DNA from: Azolla caroliniana
Lineage: Eukaryota > Plantae > Polypodiophyta
Reading direction: 5' to 3'
DNA length: 64,000 nt
Assembly: GCA_043228905.1 (NCBI GenBank)
Contig: JBHGNT010000013.1
Location: forward strand, 9,176,001 to 9,240,000
Positions 1 to 11,500 of the stretch are shown one piece after another. The notes beneath the pieces were generated by a model. The model did not search any database and had not been told where the DNA came from. It worked only from the letters and a program-made list of their open reading frames with translations. Made by a program: the position numbers and the translations under genes. The stretch's first letter is position 1, and every line of letters starts with the position of its first letter.

Positions 1-782
1 AACAAGCAAGGGGGAGGGCTAAATGTGAAAGTGTTTTTTGAATTCAAACCATTGAACACTAGATGGATATAAAGTATGGATAATTCACATTTGGAGGATA
101 AGAACACGAACTAAGAGCTTAGGTAAGAAGTCAAAAGTAAAAGTAAGAGACCAAGAGAAAAGTAAAAAGAGAAAAAACAGACCACAAAAACAGTAAAAAA
201 TGAACGGTCATAACTCCTTCGATTTTCACCCAAATATTATGTTTAAATATGGGTTAGAAAGCTTGTAACGAGGGCTATCTATAGCGTTTTAAATCACTAA
301 ATTCGGAGCTCTGAGGAGGGAGATATGACGATTAGAGGGTCGTTGGGTCTTAGCTAAAAATAGGAGATAAAAAGCTTCTAAAAATAGCGTGAACGAGGAA
401 GAAGAAGAAAATTATAAAAGAGGAAGTGATAGTCATAATAGAAAAAAGGAACTAATAGGGAGAGGATCCTAATAGAGGAGAGGAGGTCTTAGGAAGAGAT
501 ATCTTAGTGAAAGAGGAAGGGTCTTAATTGTGGTTTTTGAGTGATTGGTAGTAAGAAGTTCTTTGGTTTCTTAGTTGAATGTGGAGTTTATCTCCTTTGT
601 ATTGTCTTGATATTGGAATATCATAACAATCTTATCTCTTTCTCATCTTCTCTATCTTTTTTTCTTAATTTCTTGAGTCTCTCTTGATCTATATAATATA
701 TTATGAGTCACAACTCCATCTAACCGGTTTGGTCAAACCCTCATATAGTGTAAGATTATCCTTTGTCTTAAACACCTCATCA
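1..782 (+). mobile_element. 3' part of an LTR inserted into the integrase of element O (left end outside window)
   Basis: Non-coding, TATA-like ATTATAAAAG at ~411, pyrimidine-rich U5-like tail ending ...CATCA at 782. Integrase coding (NSSYQLGTLAG) resumes immediately after. Confidence 0.55.
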
Positions 783-984
783 AACAGTTCTTACCAATTA
801 GGCACGCTTGCTGGTGAAGTATTGGACAAATGGGTAAATGGGTTCCGGCTTAAACCCTATTACTTGCCCATGCCACCTAACCCATTCCATCAGGTGGAGA
901 CCGACGTGGTAACCGGAAGCTAATTAAAGCCTATTTAAAAGCACACCATGTGTCAACCGACTGCTATTATAATACACGACGTGC

Positions 985-3595
985 ATGTGGGGGAATCGAG
1001 AAAAGGTGCCAAGCATGGAGAGACAAAAGCTCTGCCTCTTAGAGTCCCTCTCATTTCGCGAGAACAAAGCACTAAGCACACACAGGCGATTAAGAGTGAT
1101 CCAACGAACGCAAGAAGAATGCACAGACGTACCAATTCTACCATGTCCCACAGACTCAAACGATGATATGGAACACATGGCACTCTCGGAAGCAGCCAAG
1201 AAATGGTTCAAGCAGCAGGGGTTGGAAGGGTTCCTAAGAATCGTCGAGGCCCCTCCACACGACGAAGCGGAGAAAGTCATGCAGGAGATCGATATGGAGG
1301 TCATCACAAAAAAGGCCATCCGCACCATGACCGGCTTACCAGATGGCGGAATATTCTCGATCGACAACCCTTCACCGGAGATGCTCACAAAGTTTCTTAG
1401 TGAGTACTCCCTGGCCAGCAAAGCGTACCGCACGCAAGACGGCGAGGACGCTCTATTATGAGAAGTTGCTTGTGTGCTTCATGAGTATGGGGATGTACAT
1501 CTTCGACCCCCGGCTATGCCAAACAACAAAGTCGGTCTTATTATAGCGACTTATGAGGGAGTACAGGTGGATTGGCCGGTGATCATCACTAATAGTCTAA
1601 GCGCAGCCATAGACTTAGTAAAGGATGGCAGGAAGATGTGGACGATGGTGGCGCAATGGCTCACTCTTTTAGCGCCGCCGGTAGAGTCGATACAGCCGAA
1701 GAAGCGAGGAGACCGACTGAGTCAACCCCCAACCAATCTTCAAAAAGGCAGCAACTCCTGGCTAGAAAAGTGATCGGATGGAAAGCAGCCAGCTCCTCAC
1801 AGAAGGCGAAGGAGTAGCATAGTCTGAAGTGTACGACAGAGAAGGAGACACCGGTGAGACCCTTAAAAATTAAGTTGTGCCCGGCCGGAACAGCAATCAG
1901 AACAGCAATAGGAGCAAGACCCCTTGGCGGCGTTAATCAATTGCAGAACCCTAGATGAGGAGCAGGAAGAAGAACCTACCAAGCACCTATTACGTCGCAA
2001 ACAGACACGCGATGAGGGCCACAAAGGGGAGGAATCAAATCCGGTAAAGGATAGTATACCAAAGCCCCGCCCAAAGGAGCCGCAGCCCAGGAAGGAGTCA
2101 AAACTAGTTCAACCAAATCTGGTGTTAGAAGCACCTGTGTGGCAAGAAATAGTGAAACCGGATGTTCAAAAACTGGTGATTGAATTGCCGGTGTCGCCGA
2201 CGCAATAACAACAGCAAGAACAGGAACAAACCGCTGATTAACCAGAATAGGTTCCCGGCGAGTGAGGAAGCCACACCACGACCAGAACCGGCACGGCAAC
2301 AAAGCACTGGCAGCCAATGGCTACGGTGGATAAGAGAACAAGTGGCTGGGGTGGTGTGCCACATAGAAGCAAAAGAAAAAGCACATGTGGACCGGTTGCT
2401 CGCCACAACCGAAGAACTAGAGAAGGCCCAGTCGAGAATCCGAAGCATGGAACAAGAAATGGAAAAGACCAGAGAAGAGGCGGCTAAGCTGGTCATCGAA
2501 GGACCAAAACAATCAGAACTGGTGGCACCGGTGAGTGTTCAGAATAGTAAAACCCCGGCGACTGAAACAGTCCTGGATACGAGTAAGGCACAGGAACAAG
2601 AACTCCCCACGCTGAAAAGAGAATTGGAAGACCAAGAGGCCTTAAGGGCTAGAGAACATGATTGGAAGAAGGCAGCGGAGGAAGAACAAAAGAAATTAGC
2701 CGAAAGCCTCCGGCGAGCCAAAGAAAGCCTGCGAAAAGGTTATCAAGCATATGATCGACCGAAGGAAGAAAAAGAAAAACTCCTACAAGAAAAGGACAAA
2801 CTCCGGAGCTCGACGGAAGTAGAGATCGAGCGACTCAAGGAAGAGCTCCGACAACAAAAGGACTGGCAAGACCGTGCTCGCTGTCTGATCAATCAAAGGC
2901 TGAAACAAAAAACGGACGATTGTGATTGGCTTCACCGGGATCACAAACACTTGGATGTGGAACACAAGAAATTGATCACCAAAAGTGACCAGCAGTAGGA
3001 GAAGTTACGGGAACTTCGGGATCAAGTTAACCGGACAATGGCGGCCCTGGCGGAGGAACAGTCAAAGGGGGCTGAAGCAGCGAAAAGACTGGCGGAAGCG
3101 GCGAAAGAACGGATGGAACTGACCCGGCAACACTATGAGGAAAAGGAACGTGCTACAATTGCTCTGAACAAAGTTCAGACTACCTATCAGACACACTTCC
3201 TGCACTACAAAAGCCAAGAAGCAGCAACCGCGTGCCTTATCAAACAATTGAAAGACGAAAAACTGGCCGCAAAGAATAAGTCGAAGATGGGGCAGGGGCG
3301 AATCCGTAATCTGGTGCTAACATGGAGAAACCGGACGAAGAGATTAGTGGAAGAAAGTTTGGTTCAATGGTGGTCTAAATGGGCTAAGCAGGCAGCAGAG
3401 TTACAAATGCTGAGAGTGGATGCGGAGAACCGGAGGAAGGACGGCGACGATTTCTATAAACTAGACGCGGAGAACATTGTAGCCATAAGGGAGGAATTGT
3501 CAGACGACTTCCTATCATTACCCGGGGAACAATTGGCAACATTGAGGCGATTGGTGGAACAGCTGAACGACGACCAGCTAGATACACAACTCTAG
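985..3595 (+). pseudogene. Extra 3' ORF of element O (N-terminal globular domain + long coiled coil), disrupted; C-terminus continues at 25718-26148
   Basis: ORF fragments 985-1461, 1474-1773, 1924-2208, 2180-2998 and 3038-3595 align with element B ORFs 7527-8321 and 5736-7481 (e.g. EYSLASKAYRTQDGE/EYSISSKAYRTQGGE; QAAELQMLRVDAENRRK/QAAELQTLRADAENRRK). Confidence 0.85.
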
Positions 3596-3598
3596 TTC

Positions 3599-4161
3599 TG
3601 TTAGGATTTCAGTCCCTCCGGATGGGATATGAGTACCCGGCAAGGAAGACCCAGTGAGAACCGGATGATGAGTACCCAGCAAGAAAGACCCGGTGAGAAC
3701 CGGATGACGCAGGCCCGGTGAGAACCTCTCATCGGATGAAGGGACATAGATGTAAATATGTTTTTTGTTAGCCCATTGTGGCTATATTTATAAATAACCC
3801 AAAAGTCATATTAGTATAAATAGGACCTAGTGCAAACACAATTGTGGTTGGTCATATATTTGGTGTAACTACTGTACAGAGCGTAACAAAGAGAGAGAGA
3901 GAGAGAGATCTGAACAGTCTCTGTTGTAACCGCCTGTTGGCGAAGGTTGATAGCACGAGGTCGTTGCCTCTACGCTCCTCCTATTGTATTCTTCTAGACA
4001 TACTAATAGTTTGGAGCTAGTGGTTTTTCCCGTTTACATCCTGTGTACTCTCTCTTGCTCTATTGTTTGTGTGTAAACGTGCATTTCTTCCTATTCCCAT
4101 CTTTCTATGGTTGATTCTAAGACTCGATTGTGGTCGAACAATATTCCGCATATTCCTGTCA
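3599..4161 (+). repeat. 5' LTR of Copia A
   Basis: Matches 25163-25712 with indels, including an extra ~39-bp internal copy, and has a (GA)n tract. Confidence 0.93.
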
Positions 4162-5260
4162 ATCTAGTATTAGAGTGAAACAACACATAAAATGGAAGAT
4201 TCATTTGGCGGCATATTCAAGCTCACTGGCTCCAACTACTCAGCATGGAAGTCGAAGATGAGGGACATGCTCGTGGTCAAAGATCTCTAGTTGCCGGTTC
4301 AATTCGGGGACAAGAAACCGGACAAGATCGACGCCACGGTGTGGGAGGTGATGCACATGAAGACAACGGGGTACATACGGTGCTTCATCAACATAAGCCT
4401 TTACAACAACTTCAATGAAGAGAGCAAGGCTGATGAGCTCTGGGAGAAGATCGGCATTATGTTTCAAAACAAAAATGTTGTTAATCGGGTTTCGGTATTC
4501 CGGAATCTAGTGCGGCTTCGGTACCAAGATGGCTCCAGTATGGCGGAGCACATGAATGCCTTCCAGGTGCTTATACATCAAGCAACCTCATTGGTACTTG
4601 CTCTACTCTTGCTCGGTTCTCTCCCAAATAGCTAGGAGATGTTAGTTGTCATGTTGGGGCAACGCCGGGCCAAAAGGAAAACAACTATCCCTAGCAAGGG
4701 TCAAGTCGAGCTTGCTAGATGAGGAGGCGCGTCGGAAAGACAAGGAGGTGATCTCCGATGCCAAAGTCCTCCTTACCGAATCGGAACGCAGAAGACAAAG
4801 AAATCGGAGTCCCCAGAACCGAGAAAAGTCGGGGACACAGTCAAAGTCAAGGGGGAGGCACACTTGCTTCTATTGTGGCAAGCCGGGGTACTTGCAAAAG
4901 AATTGTCGTCATTTCCAGATGCGATATTGATGACATCAACCGGATGCAAGTTGTTGTTGAAGGATGTCTGACACGTTTCGGAGGTTCGATTGAACCTAAT
5001 ATCAACCGATCGGCTAGATAATGAAGGCTACACTGGTAGCATCCGGAACGGTGTCATGAAGTTCTGCAAAGGGAGCTTAAAAGTGGCTCGAGCCCGGACG
5101 ATCAACACACTGTACTTGATGAATGCCTGGAAGTGAACGTAGCATCCAACACTGCCAGTGAGCTATGGCACACAAGACTGTGTCACATGAGTGAGAAGGG
5201 GATGAAGAGGCTTGCCGACGACAACCTCATTCCAGTAAAGGACGTGCATCTTGAGACATG

Positions 5261-5655
5261 TGTTGTCTGCCTGGCCGGACTAGCCTCAACACAGGTGTCT
5301 ATCCGACACTTCTCCAAAGGGGTGGTAAGGATTGGATGCTAGGTTACACGCGTAAGATGATTACAATTAAGCACAGACGGTAAACAATACGAGATACAGA
5401 TAAACACGCAATAATTACTATTGTATTACTTCCGTCAAACCCTTTACAAATCATCAGATCCTTTTATAGGCATCCGGCAAGGTTACAATCGGTGCGCTTA
5501 GGCAACCGACATCCGAATCGGTCCGGATCCGGATCCGGATCGGTACAACTGTACCGGATCCGTCCCTCCGAATAATAATTCTACTATTATTTACTTCCTA
5601 TTATCCGATCCGACTCCGCCTTCCCACTTGTCCTTGCTCTTCTGACCGGCCAACA
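5261..5655 (-). repeat. 3' LTR of element B
   Basis: Near-identical to 14368-14762; minus-strand TATA (CCTATAAAAGG) fixes the orientation. Confidence 0.95.
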
Positions 5656-5705
5656 CATGGCACGCCCGTGGGAAAGTGCCTTGCACTTCGAATCCACTCC
5701 AGGCC

Positions 5706-8418
5706 TCATTCTTCCTCCAAAATATCGAGCACACTCTACTCGATGGTGTCAAGTGGTGCTTCTTCCTCCTGTTCCTGTTCCTTGCCTGCCTGGTCTCCGA
5801 CCTCCGGTTGGGTGGGCTGTTCCGTAAAAATTTGCTGCTCCGACTCTGCTTGATTCTGTGGTGCCGATGCTTCCTCACCGCTTCGTCCGGGTTCTTCCTG
5901 TTCTCCCTCTGTTCCAGGCTCTGTTCTGTTACCAGTGTCGCTTTCTCCGGTCTCGACTGGTTGGCTCAGTACGCCTTCTTCCTCTGCTCTGGTGTCTTCC
6001 GGTCTCTGCTCTTCTTCTTCTCCGGCATCGGTCTGCTCCTGCTCTTCTTCTTCTCCTTCGAACGGAAGTTCTTCTTCGGGTATTCCTCGTCGGGGTTGTT
6101 CGGTGTCGGTTGGTTCAACTTCAGCCGGTCGCTCTCCCTCACTTATAGTGATTGGCGTCGTTCTTCCCTTAGCTTCCTGTCGTAACCAATCCTGCTCGTA
6201 TCTCTCCAACTCCAACTGAGTTGCGAGCTGCCCGTCATCCAACCTCTCTACCAACCCTCGGATTTCTTTGAGATGTTCTTCCACTAAAGTGTAGAAATCT
6301 TTCGACAATTCTTCCCGAATGGCGACGATACTTTCCTCATCCATCTTGTAGAACTTGTCACCGGTCTTCCTCCGATTCTCGGCATCCGCTCGGAGTGTCT
6401 GCAGCTCGGCTGCCTGTTGTGACCACTCCTTCCATAACTTTTCCGTACTTTCGTTGATGCTTGCCTGAGCTCGGGTACTCCATCCTGACATGATGAGCTT
6501 GATCCGGTCAACCCCTGCCTTAGCATGCGCATAAGCTTCTTGCTTTTCCTTCCTTGCCCGTTTTATAATGTCGACCATTATCTGAGCCTGGGCCTCGTAA
6601 TCCGCTTTCTGCTTTTCATAGGTACTTTGCAGTTTGCTGATCGTGAAGGTCGATTTTTCCTTTTCTTCATTCCTGATCTTGGTCAGATCTAGCTTTTCCC
6701 GCCTTAGCGCCTCTAATTCCTTCCTTCTCTCCGTCGCTTGGGCTATTTCCGCCGACAATGCTTCCTTGTTGGCACTGACCTCATCTATTGCCTTAGCCAG
6801 GTCTAATCGGGTCTCTTTGAGCTGTTCTTTCAGCTTCTCTATTTGCTGGTCGTAGTCTGTTGCCCATTTCTTGTTGTCCGACTCGGCCTGCTTGTGATCT
6901 CGGTAGAGACGGTCGAAGTCCTCCGTCTTCTGCTTCAAGCGTCGGTTTGCCTGAGCTCTTAACCGATCGTCCCGGTCCTTCTGTTGTCGGAGTTCTTCCT
7001 GCAGTCGTTCTATCTCCTGCTCGGCATGTCGACGCAATCGGTCCTTCTCCTTTTGCAGCTTCTCTTTTTCTTCTTGCAGTCGGTCATTAGTGGCTCGACC
7101 TTTCCGGAGGCCTTCTTCCATTTTTCGTCTGTCGTCCTCCACCGCTTTCCGCTGCTCCCTTTCTCTTTCCCTTAATGCCTCCTGAGCTTTTAATTCCTCT
7201 CGTAAGGTTTCTATTATTTTTTCGGTCTCAGGGCCGGTTTGCAAGGCTACCGGTTCCGGTTCCGGTTCTGGTTGCTTCCTTGTTGTCCCGACCGGCTCGG
7301 TGACAACTTGTGCTTGTTGAATTCCTTCCCTTGCCTGCAACAACTCCCCTTGCATTTCCTCGATCTGTGTTCGGAGCGCGACCAACTCCTGAGTTGTTGT
7401 ATGCGTCAGCTGTTGCCTACACGTTTCTTCTTTCTCTAACTGGTCTGCTACTCCCGATAACTGCTCCGAAAGCCATCTCAACCATTGTGGCTTTGTTCTT
7501 CCTGTGTCGGGGTGGCCTTGCTCAGGCTATTTTTCTGGCCTTTTCTCTGGCTCCGGCGCTTGTTCGTTCTTCTTCTCTGGGATGACCGGTTCTCTAAAGT
7601 CCGGCGCAACCGGTGTCCGTGCTGCTTCCCTCGGTACGGGTTCCGGTACTGCTTCCGCCTTGGCTACTGGAGGTGGTCCTTGCGCCCTCTGCTGAGTTTT
7701 GTCAACTGGTGGAGCCGGTCCTTTCACCCGTCTCTCCCGACCCTGTCTTGCTGGGAGTCTTACCAGTGGTTCGGATGAGTCTTCTGTTTCAGCTTCCTCC
7801 TCTGGTGCGGTTACCAGGCGGACCTTTTGTATAAAGACCTCTGGTTCCGGTTCCGGCCATCGCAGCGTTATATGGATTGGTTTGCGCGCTCCCGGTTCCT
7901 CCTCGGCCGATTTCCCTTTGCCTTTACCTGCCGGTTTTGCCTTTGTTGCCGGTTCCTGTTGCTGTTGGGATGGTCCTTCCCCCCGCTGTTCTGCTTCTTG
8001 CTGGGTCCATCCGGGGGTGTGTTTCTCCAAGATCTGTCGGCGCTTTGTGACCTTTTTCGGCGTCGTCTCCTGCCGACCTCTTTTCTTTTGTGTGATGGGG
8101 AGCACCGGTGGGACTAACACCGTTAGCCATTGTGCTATCCCGGCCCATGGCTTTTTTCCTTCCACAAGATTTTTGATGGCCTCCTTCAATCCTTCGGTTA
8201 TGAAATGGAGCCAGTCTATTTGTAAGCCTTCGTACGCTGCTATTAAGAACGCTGCCCGGTACTTGGCTATGGCCGGGGGACGGGGATTCACGAATCCGTA
8301 TTCCATCATGGCGCGGGCCACTTCTCCGAACAGCAGGTTCTCTCCGCCCTGCGTTCGGTACGCCTTGCTGCTGATAGAGTACTCACCGAAATATTCGAAC
8401 AGGATTTCACTTGAAGGG
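5706..8418 (-). pseudogene. Element B extra 3' ORF (~900 codons; globular N-part + coiled coil + acidic tail), N-terminus deleted
   Basis: 7527-8321 and 5736-7481 are in frame, separated by TAG. Read-through of a second TAG ends ...DILEEE-TGA at 5706. Homologous to the element O extra ORF. Confidence 0.85.
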
Positions 8419-8449
8419 TTTAGGGTTTAGGGTTTAGGGTTTAGGGTTT
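8415..8449 (+). repeat. Interstitial plant telomere repeat (TTTAGGG)x4
   Basis: AGGG(TTTAGGG)4TTT directly visible, followed by a T-run. Confidence 0.95.
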
Positions 8450-8532
8450 TTTTTTTCTTTGTTTGGACCACGTCATTTGCTAGTCCCCCCCGATTTGTTC
8501 GGGTCGGTTCGTGTGGATACCGGATCCTTCTG

Positions 8533-11500
8533 TCAGTTTTCCGAGATAGTCTTTGTCAGTATCGGTGTCGGTTCTTCCTCGGTCCGAATATCTTCAGCAG
8601 CGTCTGTCGGTGTCGGTTCTTCCTCGGTCCGAATATCTTTAGCAGCGTTTGTCGGTGTCGGTTCCTCATCTTGCCGGATTTCCGGGTTTTGCTTGAACGG
8701 GTTTGCTGGCATATTTCCCTTATACGGCTTTAGCCGAAACCCATTTGCCCACTTACCGATGACATCTCCAAACAACGTGCCGAGCTGATACGACCCATTG
8801 TACTCCTTGGTGATCCAGAACGGTCCGGTCCACCGAAACCGCAACTTTCCCGGCATGTTCCCCATCCGTGCCTGGAATAGTAGCACCGGTTTCCCGACTT
8901 CGAACTCCTTTTCGTTGCCACGCCGGTATTGGTCCACGAAAGCTTTTCTCCTCCTTTGCTCCAGTTCGAGTTGTAGTAAGCTGGCTATTCGGTTTTCTTC
9001 TAATTCCAACAACGTCGCCAGCCGGATTCGTTCGGACTCGTTCTCACTTAAGCGCTCCTTCACCTGAATCCGTAAGCTGGGGATCCGGAACTCTACCGGC
9101 ATGACCGCTTCTAAACCGAATGCTAGCCGAAACGGGGTTGTCCGGATGCTGGTTTTGTAGGTTGTTCGGTACGCCCATAGCGCGCTTTGCAATTTCGTAT
9201 CCCAGTCAGTACGGTTCTCGTTGACGATTTTTCGTAGGATGTTCTGCAGAGTTTTGTACGTTGATTCCGCTAGTCCATTGGCTTGAGGGTAGTAGGGAGT
9301 ACTCTTTTTATGTACCACCGCGTAAAATGACGTCAGGCTTTCTACTACCTGCCCGAGAAAATGTCCTCCTTGGTCACTTATAAGCTCGATCGGGCATCCA
9401 TACCAGCACCAAATGCACTCGTACATAAACTTTGTCATGGACACGGCCGTGTTGTCCCGTAAGGCCTTTGCTTCTACCCATTTGGTGCAATAGTCGGTCG
9501 CCACTATGACATACCGATTTCCGGTTCGCATTGCCGGTGGTTTGAAGGGACCGACAAAGTCCAACCCCCATTTTTGAAACGGTTCCAAGGGCAAGACCGG
9601 GTGGTGTGGCATCCGGGCCTGCTCTGTGGGTTGGCCCAGTCGTTGACACAAATCGCATTCTCTGCTATACTTCACGGCATCTTTTAGGGTGGTCGGCCAC
9701 CACAGTCCGCTCTGCCATATTTTCCGAGCGGTTGCGTCGTCGGCATAATGCCCGCCGGCAATTCCACAGTGGGCTTCCCTGAGGATTAGATCCTTCTCAT
9801 CGCTCCGCACTGCTTGTCTCCAGATGCCATCTGCCCCCTTGTGATAGAGGGTGTCTCCAACCAAGCAGAAATGTCTGCTTCTTACTGCTATCCTTTTCCT
9901 TTCATCGCGGTCCATGTTCTCCGGGGGAACTCCGGTGCTCAGGAACTGATGCATCTCAGTTAGCCACGTGTCTTCATCGGCTACCGTTGCATCCGTTGCC
10001 GGTTTCGTCGTGATCCGGCGTCGGGAAACTCATCTTGGACGCCGTCCCCTGCTTCTCCGGATTCGAGTCTGCTTAGGTAGTCCGCTACCGCATGCTGCGC
10101 CCCGGGTCGGTGGAAAATGTCGAATTCAAATTCTTGTAACAGCAGTGTCCATCGTGCAATTTTTCCCGTCAGGGATGCCTTCGAGACCAGGTAGAGTAGT
10201 GCCGAATGGTCGACATGGAAGGAAAACTTCCTTCCGAGCAGATAGTGCCTGTACTTTGTGACACTATACACCATTCCCAATGCCTCGCGTTCCGTCGTAG
10301 AGTAATTCCGTTCGGCTTTTGAGAGTTTCCGGCTTGCGTAGTACACCGGTCGGTACCATTTCGGCTCCGTGAGTTGCATCAGAACGCTGCCGATTGCTAC
10401 GTCCGACGCGTCGACGAAGACGTGAAAGCTTTTACTCCAATCCGGCGGTTGCACCACCGGAGCTTGCGACAGCATAACCTTCAACGCTTGGTAGGCTTCC
10501 TCCTCCGTCTTCGCCCATAGGAAGGGTACCCTATGTATGGCGGTATGTAACGGTGTAGCGAAGTCTGCGAGGTGCCGTATCATCCGGCTATGCCACCTTA
10601 TTTGGCCCAGGAACCGGCTTAAAGCCTTTGCGTTATTTGGTGCTCGTGCCTCGAGAATCGCCTTGACTTTATCTGGATCTACCGCGATTCCTTCCTTACT
10701 CACCACGTGCCCTAGTAAGTTGCCGCTTGCCACTCCAAAGACGCACTTGGCCGGGTTCAGGCTCAATCGGTACTCGCGGCACTTCTCCAAGCATAGCCGA
10801 AGGTGATCAAGATGCTCTCCGTGCCGGCTGTAGACCGCGAAATCGTCAAGGAAGACCTGCATAAAACCGGGGATATATTCCCTGAAAATTTCCATTATTA
10901 TCCTTTGAAAGGTCGCTGGAGCCGTCTTTAGTCCGAACATCATCACGACTGCGACGAACACTCCCCATTCAGTCACGAACGTTGTCTTCTCCTGGTCGGC
11001 CGGGTTCATTCGTATTTGGTTGTAACCGCTAAATCCATCCAGGAAGCTGTAAACTTCGTGGCCGGCTACCGCATCTAACACCCCGTCTGTAAATGGTAGT
11101 GGAAACGCATCGGTCACTGTTGCGGCATTTAGTTTGCGATAGTCCACGCATACCCGGATTTTGCCGTTCTTTTTCGGGACCACCACTATCGGACTCAGCC
11201 AAGTTGCCTGCTTGATCGGCCGGATAAATCCGACCCGAAGGAGCTTATCAATTTCCTCCTTCACCTTCGCCGCATAATTCGGATTCATCCGGTACCTGCG
11301 TTGAGCGATCGGTTTCGTGTCCGTACTTAGGTGAATTTGGTGCTGATAGAGATGGGGGTCCAGCCCTCGCATGTCTTCGTACGACCACGCGAACACATCC
11401 TTGAAGTCTGTTAATAATGCTACCATTGCCTTCTTTTCTTCCTTCGGCAACTCCTTTGCAACATTTACCGGTCGGGGCTTGTCTGCTGTGCCGAGGTCCA

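Noticed and set aside
5658-5673. Reading element B as plus-oriented because a PBS-like motif follows the left LTR
   Set aside because: gag-pol, the LTR TATA box and a PBS right before gag are all on the minus strand; the motif is treated as the PPT-position element instead.
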